Below are positions 27,960 to 36,136 of a DNA stretch of 64,000 nucleotides, one piece after another. Under the pieces are notes generated by a model. That model made no database searches. It was not told the origin of the DNA and saw only the letters and a list, made by a program, of their open reading frames with translations. Where the stretch lies: NCBI GenBank assembly GCA_963821345.1, contig CAWGDM010000003.1, positions 39,690 to 103,689 on the forward strand. The letters are read 5' to 3'. Both the position numbers and the translations under genes were made by a program. Source of the stretch: an uncultured Solirubrobacterales bacterium. Its GTDB lineage: Bacteria > Actinomycetota > Thermoleophilia > Solirubrobacterales > 70-9. Each line of letters starts with the position of its first letter. Within the stretch, counting starts at the first letter, position 1.

Positions 27960-28147
27960 CTGGAGTGAGCTTGCGGACGCCTGGGTACAGACCGATGGCA
28001 GAGTTGGAGGACCCGGCCTTTCGGGGCCGTCACTCCAACTGCACCCCATAACCCCATATGTACCCCACTGGTGGCCGAGAGGCTTACCGCGGGGGCACCT
28101 CCGATGCCAGAGCCGGAGCGCCAGGAACGGTGCTCCGGCTCTTTTGT
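27960..28147 (+). ncRNA. Candidate structured small RNA ending in an intrinsic terminator (class unknown, 5' end uncertain)
   Basis: Non-coding gap. Long imperfect hairpin about 27998-28042 (GCAGAGTTGGAG...CTCCAACTGC). GGGTACA/TGTACCC pairing flanks an asymmetric loop containing three CCCCA motifs. Terminator AGAGCCGGAGC-12nt-GCTCCGGCTCT followed by TTTgT (28109-28147). Confidence 0.3.
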
Positions 28148-28264
28148 GGACGTTGCGGTTCGCGGCTCAAGCGCCGGCGACCGACGGTCGATTGGGGATA
28201 CGCATCCCCGCCCCAACCTGTTCGGGGCGGCGGCAAAGACCACACCTCCCATGTGACGAAAGCG

Positions 28265-28296
28265 ACGGGGCGCCGGGCGGGCGCCCCGTTCGTTTT
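28265..28296. terminator. Bidirectional-looking terminator hairpin
   Basis: ACGGGGCGCC-gggcg-GGCGCCCCGT followed by TCGTTTT on the + strand. On the - strand it lies just after the stop of 28304-28747. Confidence 0.55.
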
Positions 28297-28303
28297 CCCC
28301 GAG

Positions 28304-28747
28304 TCAGCCGGCGCGCTCGGCGCGCATCCGCAGCCCGCCGAGGACGATCGCCACCGAACCGCCGAGCGCGACGAAGACGCCCAGCCGCAGGCCGATCCTG
28401 GGGCTGCCGGCAAGCTCGTCGGGGCGGTCGATCATCAGGTAGGCGCACAGCAGCGCCGCCCACGTTCCTGCCGCGATCACCAGCTCGGCCGTCCGCAGCG
28501 GGCGGGGAAGGACGGTGCCGCCGGCCTCGGCGACGACCAGGACGACGGCGGCGCCGACGGTGACGATCAGCGCCGCGTCGCCGAAGCCGAAGCTGTCGAA
28601 GCCGGTGACCGAGAGGCCGTTCGTGAACGCGATCCCGTACCAGGGCAGGAGCATGCTGGCGCCGACCGCGATCGCCCCGGCGCCGACGGTGCGTCCGCCG
28701 GGCGTCAGCGGCCGGCGAACCGGGTCAGTCGAGCGGCCGGCGGCCAC
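28304..28747 (-). CDS. Hypothetical membrane protein
   Basis: 147 aa with about 4 hydrophobic segments. Last gene of the EVE-DUF2203 operon. Confidence 0.6.
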   Translation of the reverse strand: MAAGRSTDPVRRPLTPGGRTVGAGAIAVGASMLLPWYGIAFTNGLSVTGFDSFGFGDAALIVTVGAAVVLVVAEAGGTVLPRPLRTAELVIAAGTWAALLCAYLMIDRPDELAGSPRIGLRLGVFVALGGSVAIVLGGLRMRAERAG

Positions 28748-29105
28748 CGAAGCCCGCCTCCAGCTCGTGCCAGTAGCCGATCTGGTCCTCGTCGAGCTGC
28801 CAGCACAGATAGACCTCGCGCCCGTCGAGGATCGAGGGGAAGTCGATCAGCCCGCGGTCGACGTCGCGGATCACGATCCCCAGCGACTGCAGGCCCGCTA
28901 CCAACTCGCGCAGCTCGACGAAGGCCTCGCCCACCGCCTTGCCCGGCTCGCCGCCGCCGTTCGTCGGCGCCGCCTCGCTGAGCAGCTCGTGCAGCTCAGC
29001 GTCGGTGAGCCGCGCCCCGGCATCCTGCAGGCGGCGCAGCGCCGGCTCGATCCGGGGCAACAGCGCGGTCGCCTGGTCGAGCGTGAAGTGGCGCTCGTGG
29101 ATCAC
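28725..29105 (-). CDS. DUF2203-like protein
   Basis: GTG 29105 overlaps the upstream stop (GTGA). VIHERHFTLDQA...IVIRDVDRGLIDFP...YLCWQ resembles DUF2203. The longer ORF-track N-terminus is Arg-rich shadow. Confidence 0.6.
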   Translation of the reverse strand: MIHERHFTLDQATALLPRIEPALRRLQDAGARLTDAELHELLSEAAPTNGGGEPGKAVGEAFVELRELVAGLQSLGIVIRDVDRGLIDFPSILDGREVYLCWQLDEDQIGYWHELEAGFGGRRPLD

Positions 29106-29557
29106 CGGGCCGCAGCCGGCGCGCCGGCGATCCGCTGGCGGAGCAGCCTCGCGTCGGCGTCCGAGACGGTGCGCAGCTGGCCCTGAAAGGCCAGGTGCCA
29201 ATGCTCGGCCGGCCACTTGCCGAGGTGCTCGAGCCCTCCGAGCAGCGATTCGGCCGGGACGAAGTCGGCCTCGTCGAGGACGGCCACCGCCTCGGCCTCG
29301 ACCCGCCACGGGTAGTCCTCGGGGTGCTTCTTCTTCCCCTGCGGCCAAATCGGCGTCCGGTCCTCGAACATCGACGAGCGGACCCGGGCGATGGCGCCGA
29401 ACGCCTGCACGCCGGTGACGTAGAAGGCGACCTCGTCACCCGGCTCGAACTCGAGCGCCTGGTTTCGCCGCCGCTCCTTGAACCCGATCACGTCGAACCC
29501 CCGCTCGACGTTGATCCGGAAGTTCGTCAGGTCCCCGGTGAGGATCCAGAAGGCCAT
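29102..29557 (-). CDS. EVE/PUA-like (UPF0310-type) domain protein
   Basis: MAFWILTG..NFRINVERGFDVIGF...PGDEVAFYV...FGAIARV.S..FED.TPIW......YPWRV follows the UPF0310/EVE pattern. Confidence 0.55.
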   Translation of the reverse strand: MAFWILTGDLTNFRINVERGFDVIGFKERRRNQALEFEPGDEVAFYVTGVQAFGAIARVRSSMFEDRTPIWPQGKKKHPEDYPWRVEAEAVAVLDEADFVPAESLLGGLEHLGKWPAEHWHLAFQGQLRTVSDADARLLRQRIAGAPAAAR

Positions 29558-29654
29558 GGCGCGATTGTATGAGCGCCGTCGGGGTTGCGGGGCGTCTACG
29601 AGGCAGAGGGGGGCGTGCTCGGGCCTACGCGGCGACGGTTGCGGGGTTACGGAC

Positions 29655-30602
29655 CTATGAGGACGCTAAGTCGACAACCGTCGGTCGAACAGAACAAACG
29701 CCACCCCTACCCAGCCAAACCCGGCTTCGCGCTACGCCAGCCGCTCGGCTTGGCGCTCGGGCGATGATCCGGACCACGTTCCAGGCCAGCCCGAGCCGCT
29801 GCATGCCGCCGATGATCGCCCCGGAGGGGTCGAGCTCCCAGCGGCGCAGGCCGTGGACGGCGGAGCGGGGGAACGCGTGGTGGTTGTGGTGCCAGGCCTC
29901 GCCCAGCGAGGCCAGCGAGAGCCACCAGACGTTGGTCGAGTGATCGTCGGTGGCGAAGCGGCGGCGGCCGTGGAAGTGGCAGATCGAGTTGATCGACCAG
30001 GTCACGTGGTGGACGAAGAAGATCCGCACCAGTCCGCCCCACAGCAGCCCGGTGAGCCCGCCGATCAGGGTGCCGGTGAGTAGCCAGCCGAGCGCGAACG
30101 GGAGCGCGAGCGAGAGCGTGACCAGGCTCAGGAAGCGACGGTTGAGCAGTCGCATGCCGCCATCGTCCATGAGGTCGGGGGCGTACTTGCGCCGGTCCGC
30201 CTGGCCGTTGGCGTCGAACAGCCAGCCGATGTGGGCGTGCCAGAGGCCGGCGAGGCCGGAGCCGTGGCCGACGTGGGGCGAGTGCGGGTCGCCCTCCTCG
30301 TCGGTGTGGGCGTGATGCTTGCGGTGGTCGGCGACCCAGTCGATCACCGGCCCCTGGACCGCCATCGACCCGGCCGCGGCGAGCGCGTACTCGACCGGCT
30401 TGTAGGTCTGGAAGGCGCGGTGGGTGAGCAGCCGGTGGTAGCCGATCGTGATCCCCAGGGCGCTGACCAGATACATCCCGGCGAGGATCGAGAGGTCGGT
30501 CCAGCCGACCCCGCGGTTCCACAGCAGCACGATCGCCGCCAGGAAGGCGACGAAGGGGAGGGCGACGGCGGTCATGTTCGAGTAGCGCTGAAGTCGGCTC
30601 AT
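29655..30602 (-). CDS. Membrane fatty-acid (acyl-CoA/acyl-lipid) desaturase
   Basis: Three His boxes (HRLLTHR, HRKHHAHTD, HNHHAFP). Start set at MSRLQRY (30602). Confidence 0.85.
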   Translation of the reverse strand: MSRLQRYSNMTAVALPFVAFLAAIVLLWNRGVGWTDLSILAGMYLVSALGITIGYHRLLTHRAFQTYKPVEYALAAAGSMAVQGPVIDWVADHRKHHAHTDEEGDPHSPHVGHGSGLAGLWHAHIGWLFDANGQADRRKYAPDLMDDGGMRLLNRRFLSLVTLSLALPFALGWLLTGTLIGGLTGLLWGGLVRIFFVHHVTWSINSICHFHGRRRFATDDHSTNVWWLSLASLGEAWHHNHHAFPRSAVHGLRRWELDPSGAIIGGMQRLGLAWNVVRIIARAPSRAAGVARSRVWLGRGGVCSVRPTVVDLASS

Positions 30603-30660
30603 GGGCACACCGTAGGCCGCCTGGTGCACAGTTTCTTTACCCTCCCTCACGTTCGGGGCG

Positions 30661-30686
30661 TAAAATCTTGTTATGAACGAACAAGA
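30661..30686 (+). promoter_or_regulatory. Candidate -10 box for a leaderless pucR-like transcript, plus a 7-bp inverted repeat bracketing the start codon
   Basis: TAAAAT 30661-30666 is followed by 6 nt and then ATG 30673, with no SD. TCTTGTT (30666-30672) pairs with AACAAGA (30680-30686). Confidence 0.45.
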
Positions 30687-31890
30687 AATCGCGCTCGATG
30701 AGCCCTGGCGCGGGCTGCCGGCGAAGATCGGCGAGCTGCTCCGCCCGCACGTTCCGGCGCTCAGCGACGAGGTGATCGAGGCGATCCGCGAGCGCGTTCC
30801 CGCCTACCGCCGGCCGCTGCGCGGGCGCTTCGGCACCGGGATCCGCGGCGGCGTCGAGGCGGCCCTGGCCCAATTCGCCGACCTGCTCGTCGATCCGGAC
30901 CTCGACCGGCGCGACAGCGACGCCGTCTATCGGGCGCTTGGGCGCGGAGAACACCAGGAGCGGCGCACCCTCGACGCCCTGCTCGGCGCCTACCGGCTCG
31001 GCGCGCGGGTCTCGTGGCGGCGCGTCTCGGCGATCGCGATCGAGGCCGGGGTCGATCGGCGCACGCTGGCGCTGCTCGCCGAGGCTGTGTTCGCCTACAT
31101 CGACGCGCTCTCTGCGCTCTCCGCCGAGGGCTACGCCCAGGCACAGTCGGCCGCCGCGGGCGAGAGCGAGCGGCTGCGCCGGCGGGTCGCGACCCTGCTG
31201 CTGCAGCCCGAGCCCGACGAGGCGTTGATCCGCGCGGCCGCCGCCGAGGCCGGTTGGGAGCCGCCGCAGAGGATCGCGGCCCTGGCCTGGGACGGGGGCG
31301 GCCGCCGGCTGCGGGCTCGGCTTCCCGCCGGCAGCGTCGTCGCCGAGCCCGGCGACGACGGCGGGCCCGGGCTGGCGCTGCTCGCCGACCCCGACGCCCC
31401 CGGTCTGCGCGAGCGACTCGGCCGCCTCGCCCGGCCCGGCGCCGCCGGCAGCGTCGTCCTCGGCCCGGCGGTCGAGCTGCTTGGGGCGGCGATCAGCGCC
31501 GACCGCGCCCGGGCGACGCTGCGGCTGATCGAGTCAGGGGCGATCGCGGCGCGGGGCTTCACGCTCGCCGACGATCACCTCGGCGCCCTGGTCGCGCACG
31601 GGGACGAGCTGATCCTCGGGGATCTCTCCGCGCGCCGGCTGGCGCCGCTCGACGGCGAGACTCGGGCCTCGCGCGAGCGGCTGTCGCGGACCCTGCGCTC
31701 CTGGCTTGACCACCAGGGCGAGGTCGCCCAGGTCGCCGCCGAGCTACACGTGCATCCGCAGACGGTTCGCTACCGGCTTGCCCGCCTGTACGATCTCTTC
31801 GGCGACCAGCTCACCGACCCCGAGCGGCGATTCGAGCTCGCGCTCGCCCTGCGCGCCGCGGTTTCGGAGCCGCGCCAACGGGAATCTTGA
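30673..31890 (+). CDS. PucR family transcriptional regulator
   Basis: C-terminal HTH AAELHVHPQTVRYRLARLYDLFG. Divergent from the desaturase. Confidence 0.8.
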   Translation: MNEQEIALDEPWRGLPAKIGELLRPHVPALSDEVIEAIRERVPAYRRPLRGRFGTGIRGGVEAALAQFADLLVDPDLDRRDSDAVYRALGRGEHQERRTLDALLGAYRLGARVSWRRVSAIAIEAGVDRRTLALLAEAVFAYIDALSALSAEGYAQAQSAAAGESERLRRRVATLLLQPEPDEALIRAAAAEAGWEPPQRIAALAWDGGGRRLRARLPAGSVVAEPGDDGGPGLALLADPDAPGLRERLGRLARPGAAGSVVLGPAVELLGAAISADRARATLRLIESGAIAARGFTLADDHLGALVAHGDELILGDLSARRLAPLDGETRASRERLSRTLRSWLDHQGEVAQVAAELHVHPQTVRYRLARLYDLFGDQLTDPERRFELALALRAAVSEPRQRES

Positions 31891-31920
31891 GGCAACCTCG
31901 AGCTAAGGAGTCGAAACGAG

Positions 31921-32430
31921 ATGAGCACGTCCACCTCGAGCATGGACATCATGGCCTCGGAACATTCCGATCAGCGCGAGCGGGTGATCGAGCTGCTGAC
32001 GAAGGCCTACTGGATGGAGGTCGAGACGGTGATGAGCTACATCGCCAACTCGATCAACCCCGACGGCGTGCGGGCGATGGAGATCCGCGAGTCGCTGGAG
32101 GCCGACATCCAGGAGGAGCTCGGTCACGCCAAGCAGTTCGCGGCCCGGATCAAGGAGCTGTACGGCGTCGTCCCCGGCTCGCTCGAGTTCAGCGCCGAGC
32201 AGACCTACCTGCAGCCGCCCGACGACCAGGTGGACGTCGTCCACGTGATCAAGGGCGTGATCGAGGCCGAGCAGGGCGCGATCGAGTTCTACAGCCGGAT
32301 CATCGAGGAGACCGACGGCGCCGATCCGGTGACCCAGGACATGCTGATCGCGATCCTTCGCGACGAGCAGGGCCACAAACGCCTATTCGAGGGGTTCCTT
32401 CGCGAATACGAGAAGGAGGGATTGGCCTAG
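31921..32430 (+). CDS. Ferritin-like di-iron domain protein
   Basis: AAGGAG RBS. ExxH pairs (EEELGHAKQF, DEQGHKRLF) and EAEQGAIEFY. Confidence 0.7.
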   Translation: MSTSTSSMDIMASEHSDQRERVIELLTKAYWMEVETVMSYIANSINPDGVRAMEIRESLEADIQEELGHAKQFAARIKELYGVVPGSLEFSAEQTYLQPPDDQVDVVHVIKGVIEAEQGAIEFYSRIIEETDGADPVTQDMLIAILRDEQGHKRLFEGFLREYEKEGLA

Positions 32431-35400
32431 CGGGCGGCGAGCGCGCCGCAGCGCTCGGCGTCGACCGGGCGGCCCAGGGCCGCCCAAGCGTCGCGGGCCT
32501 CCGTGAGTAGGCCGGCGTCCTGGTTGGCAGCGCCGCGGGCCTCGAGCGCGGCGGCGGAGCCGACCGGGTAGCGCAGCCGCTCGGCCAGCCCGGCCGCCTC
32601 CTCGGCGGTCTCGCGGGCGGCGTCGTGCTTGCCCGATAGCGCCAGGGTGACCGCCCGGGTCGCCGTCGCCTCGACCGACTGGGCGACCAGGCCGGCGCGC
32701 TCGCAGAGGTCGAGCGCCCGGGCGAGCGCCTGGTCGGCGTCGGCGTAGTCGCCGCGGTCGCGCAACGCGACCGCGAGCCCGTGCAGTGACTCGAAGGCGA
32801 CCTCCGAGCGACCGACCTGCTCGGCGGATTCCACCGCGCGCTCGAGCAGCTCGACCGCCTCGTCGAGCTCGCCCGCGTGCCACAGCAACACCCCGCGCAT
32901 CGAGTAGGGGAAGCAAAGCTTGCCGGTCAGGCCCTCGCGCTCGGCCAGCGCCTGCGACGCGTCGGTCGCCTGCTCGGCCGCCTGCCAGTCGCCGCGGTAG
33001 GCGGCCACCTGGGCGAGCGCCGAGTGCAGCTCGACCTGCGAGGGCAGGTCGCCGGTTCGCAGCGCGATCGCCAGCGCCTCGCCGTATGCCTCGCCGGCGC
33101 CGTCGTAGTCGGCCTCGGAGATCTCCAGGTGGTAGCCCAGCGCGAGCAGCGCGCGGATCGCCTCGCCGGGGTCGGACTCGCGCGCCAACTCGACCGAGCG
33201 CTCGAGGTTCTCGCGGGCGCGCTCGGAGTCGCCGATCCTGCCGAAGACCCGGCCGAAGATCCCATGCGCGCGGCTCGCGGCAGCCGCCTCACCGAGCCGC
33301 TCGGCGAGCCGCAGCGCCTTCTCGGAGGCGTAGATCGCGAGCATGTTGTCGCCGGTGTGCATGTACAGCGACGCCGCCTCCTCGTACAGGCGGACCAGCT
33401 CCAGCGACGGCGGCCCGTCCTTGAGCAGGTCGATGCCGCGCTGGTAGTGCTCGATCGAGCCCTCGCGGTCGCCCTTGTGCCAGAGGCCGGCGCCGATCTT
33501 GCGGTGCAGGTCGCCGACCCGGGCCAGGTCCTCCTCGCCGCGGTAGTACTCCATGCAGCGCTCCCAGGCGCGCACGGCGCGGTCGACCCGGCCGAGGCGT
33601 AGCGCGACGTCGCCGAGCTTCTCGCCGATCCGCGCCGCGGTCGCCGGATCGAGGCGCTCCAGCGAGAGCGCCGTCTCGTAGTGCCCCTGGGCCTCGGAGT
33701 TCGAGTAGAGCGCAGCGGAGGCATCGCCGGCCGCCTCCAGGCCCGCCAGCGCCCGGGCCTCGTACTCCTCCAGCTCGCCCGGCTCGAGGTCGGCGGCGGC
33801 GCCGAGGCTGGCGGCGCGCGCGTAGTGCTCGGCGACCATCGCGACCACGCCCTCGGACCGGTCGGCGGCGCGCTCGGTGATGAACGCCCCGACCTCGGCG
33901 TGCTTGCGCGCCCGCACGGCCTTCGGCAGGGTCGAGTAGGCGACGTCGCGGATCAGCACGTGCTTGAACGCGTACTCGCGCTCGCCGGCCAACCGGCTGC
34001 CGGCGGTCGCCACGATCAGGTCCTTGGCGCGCAGTGACTCGAGCGTCGCCCGCAGCTCGCCCGGCGGGTGGCCGGGCGGACCGACGGCGCCCTCCCAGAA
34101 GGTCTGGCCGACGACCGACGCCTCCTGCAGCGCGCGGCGCTCCTCGCGCGCCAGCGAGTCGAGCCGGGCGGCGAGCACCGAGTGCACGGTCTCGGGCAGC
34201 TCCTCGGCCTCGCCGGCGCCCTCCTCGACGATCCGGTTGACCATCTCCTCGGCGAACAGCGGGTTGCCGCCCGACCGCGCGGCGACCTGCTCGGCGAGCT
34301 CGGCGCCCTCGCCCGTGGACGAGGCGAGCAGCGTCGTCACCAGCTCGCGCGCCTGCTCGCGGGGCAGCGGGTCGAGGCTGATCGTGGTCGCGTTCAGCCG
34401 GCCGCCTCCCCAGCCGGGCCGCCGGTCGAGCAGCTCGTCGCGGGCCATGCACAGGATCAGCACCGGCCCCCGCGACCAGCGGGCGAGGTGCTCGATCAGG
34501 TCGAGCATGCCCTCGTCGGCCCAATGGATGTCCTCGACCGCGAAGACCAGTGGCTGGCGGGCGCCGCCCGCCTCGACCACCGTGCGCACGGCCGAGAACA
34601 GGCGCTCGCGCATCTGCTGCGGGTCCTCGACCTCGGCTGCGCTCGGCTCGCCCGGTCGCTCGATCCCGAGCGGCCGCCCGAGCGCGGCCGCCAGTCGCTC
34701 CGCCGGCTCCTCGGTCTCGGAGCCCGCGACCAGCTCCTCGACCCCGCCGCTCAACTTGCGCCAGGCGGCGCCGGTGTCGTCGGTGTCGACGATCTCGAAG
34801 GTCCCGCGGACGATCTCGCCGAGCGCCCAATAGGCGAGCCCGGCGCCGTAGGCGGGGCAGCTGCCGAGGCGCACCGCGGGCGGCGTCGGGCGGTCGCCGA
34901 GCTGCAGGGCGAGCTCGCGCAGCAGGCGCGACTTGCCGACCCCGGCCTGGCCGATAACCGTGACCAGATGCGGGCGCCCCTCGCTGACCACGCGCTCGTA
35001 GAGCGACAGCAGCAGCTCGGTCTCGTCAGCGCGGCCGATCAGCGGCGTCGAGCTCCCGGTCGCCCGTGGGCTCCGGCCTCCGACCACCGCCCGCACCGCC
35101 TCCCACGCAGGGACCGGCTCGGCCTTGCCCTTGAGCTCCAGTGGCGGAAGCTCGACGTACTCGATCGCAGAGCGGGTCAGCCGGTGGGTGATCTCACCGA
35201 CGACAACCGTGCCCGGCTCGGCGGCCGCCTGCAGGCGGGCGGCGACGTTGACCGGGTCGCCGATCACGGTGTAGCCGTCGCCGACCTGGCCGGCGAGCAC
35301 ATCGCCGGAGTTGATCCCGACGCGGAGCTTGAACTCGGCCTCGATGTCGGCGGCGATCCGCTCGTTGACCTCGGCCATCGCGGCCTGCATTCCGAGGCCG

Positions 35401-35867
35401 GCGCGGACCGCGCGCTCGGGGTCGTCCTCGTGGGCGGTCGGGGCGCCGAAGACGCCCATCACGTTGTCGCCGATGAACTTGTCGATCGTCCCTCCGAAGC
35501 GCTCGATCTCGTCGCCCAGCCGCCGCAGGGCCCGGTCGACCATCGACTTGATCCGCTCCGGGTCGAGGCGCTCGGAGACCGCCGTGTAGCCGGAGAGGTC
35601 GGCGAAGATGATCGTCGCCTTGCGCCGCTCCTCGGGCAGCTGCTCGGTGGCCTGGCCGGCGGGCGGCGCGGCGGCAGCGCCGCCAAGCGTCGTCCCGCAC
35701 TCGATGCAGAACTTCGCCCCGGGCGGGTTCTCGGCGCCGCAGCTCGGACAGCCCGGCGACAGCCCGGCGCCGCACGACATGCAGAAGCGCGCGCGGTCGG
35801 GGTTCGAGGTGCCGCATGCGGGGCAGTTCACTGCCTGCTCAGGATAAGCGTCGGGGTCGAGTCGCAT
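32427..35867 (-). CDS. Multidomain signalling protein: double zinc ribbon + class III adenylate/guanylate cyclase + STAND/AAA ATPase + TPR
   Basis: CPACG..CMSCG..CPSCG..CIECG; IIFADLSGYT and KFIGDNVMGVFG; P-loop GQAGVGKSRLL; long TPR-like C-terminus. Start at MRLDPD (35867). Confidence 0.85.
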   Translation of the reverse strand: MRLDPDAYPEQAVNCPACGTSNPDRARFCMSCGAGLSPGCPSCGAENPPGAKFCIECGTTLGGAAAAPPAGQATEQLPEERRKATIIFADLSGYTAVSERLDPERIKSMVDRALRRLGDEIERFGGTIDKFIGDNVMGVFGAPTAHEDDPERAVRAGLGMQAAMAEVNERIAADIEAEFKLRVGINSGDVLAGQVGDGYTVIGDPVNVAARLQAAAEPGTVVVGEITHRLTRSAIEYVELPPLELKGKAEPVPAWEAVRAVVGGRSPRATGSSTPLIGRADETELLLSLYERVVSEGRPHLVTVIGQAGVGKSRLLRELALQLGDRPTPPAVRLGSCPAYGAGLAYWALGEIVRGTFEIVDTDDTGAAWRKLSGGVEELVAGSETEEPAERLAAALGRPLGIERPGEPSAAEVEDPQQMRERLFSAVRTVVEAGGARQPLVFAVEDIHWADEGMLDLIEHLARWSRGPVLILCMARDELLDRRPGWGGGRLNATTISLDPLPREQARELVTTLLASSTGEGAELAEQVAARSGGNPLFAEEMVNRIVEEGAGEAEELPETVHSVLAARLDSLAREERRALQEASVVGQTFWEGAVGPPGHPPGELRATLESLRAKDLIVATAGSRLAGEREYAFKHVLIRDVAYSTLPKAVRARKHAEVGAFITERAADRSEGVVAMVAEHYARAASLGAAADLEPGELEEYEARALAGLEAAGDASAALYSNSEAQGHYETALSLERLDPATAARIGEKLGDVALRLGRVDRAVRAWERCMEYYRGEEDLARVGDLHRKIGAGLWHKGDREGSIEHYQRGIDLLKDGPPSLELVRLYEEAASLYMHTGDNMLAIYASEKALRLAERLGEAAAASRAHGIFGRVFGRIGDSERARENLERSVELARESDPGEAIRALLALGYHLEISEADYDGAGEAYGEALAIALRTGDLPSQVELHSALAQVAAYRGDWQAAEQATDASQALAEREGLTGKLCFPYSMRGVLLWHAGELDEAVELLERAVESAEQVGRSEVAFESLHGLAVALRDRGDYADADQALARALDLCERAGLVAQSVEATATRAVTLALSGKHDAARETAEEAAGLAERLRYPVGSAAALEARGAANQDAGLLTEARDAWAALGRPVDAERCGALAAR

Positions 35868-35911
35868 CGAACCGGTGATCTGGACCGGTTGGATGCATCT
35901 CGATCGCCGAG

Positions 35912-36136
35912 CTACTCGATCGGGATGTCTTCGACCACGGGGCCGGTGCGGCCCTCGTATTCGTCGAGTCGCTCGAGGTAGTGGTCGATCATCGCGCGCA
36001 TCGTCACCAGGGCCTCGCGCTGGACCGTCTGCCACTGGCCGCGCAGCTCGGGGCTCGAGGTCGCCCGCAGGACCTCGGCGCCGCGGCAGATCGGGCAGAG
36101 CTCGACGCAGTGGTGGGTCGGTTCAGGCGTGGCCAT
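35912..36136 (-). CDS. Small Cys-containing hypothetical protein (HHCxxxCxxC)
   Basis: 74 aa: MATPEPTHHCVELCPICRGAEVL.... Overlaps the ArsA-like stop by 14 nt and lies 44 nt upstream of the cyclase-STAND gene. Confidence 0.5.
   Translation of the reverse strand: MATPEPTHHCVELCPICRGAEVLRATSSPELRGQWQTVQREALVTMRAMIDHYLERLDEYEGRTGPVVEDIPIE

Noticed and set aside
27932-28303. SRP RNA, tmRNA, RNase P or tRNA identity for the structured gap, and ORFs 28058-28981 and 28071-28256 as genes.
   Set aside because: I could not find the hallmark motifs (GGAA-tetraloop SRP domain IV, a tRNA-like CCA end, GAGGAAAGUCC). The ORFs are Arg-rich and run antisense into real genes. The region is kept only as an unclassified sRNA candidate.
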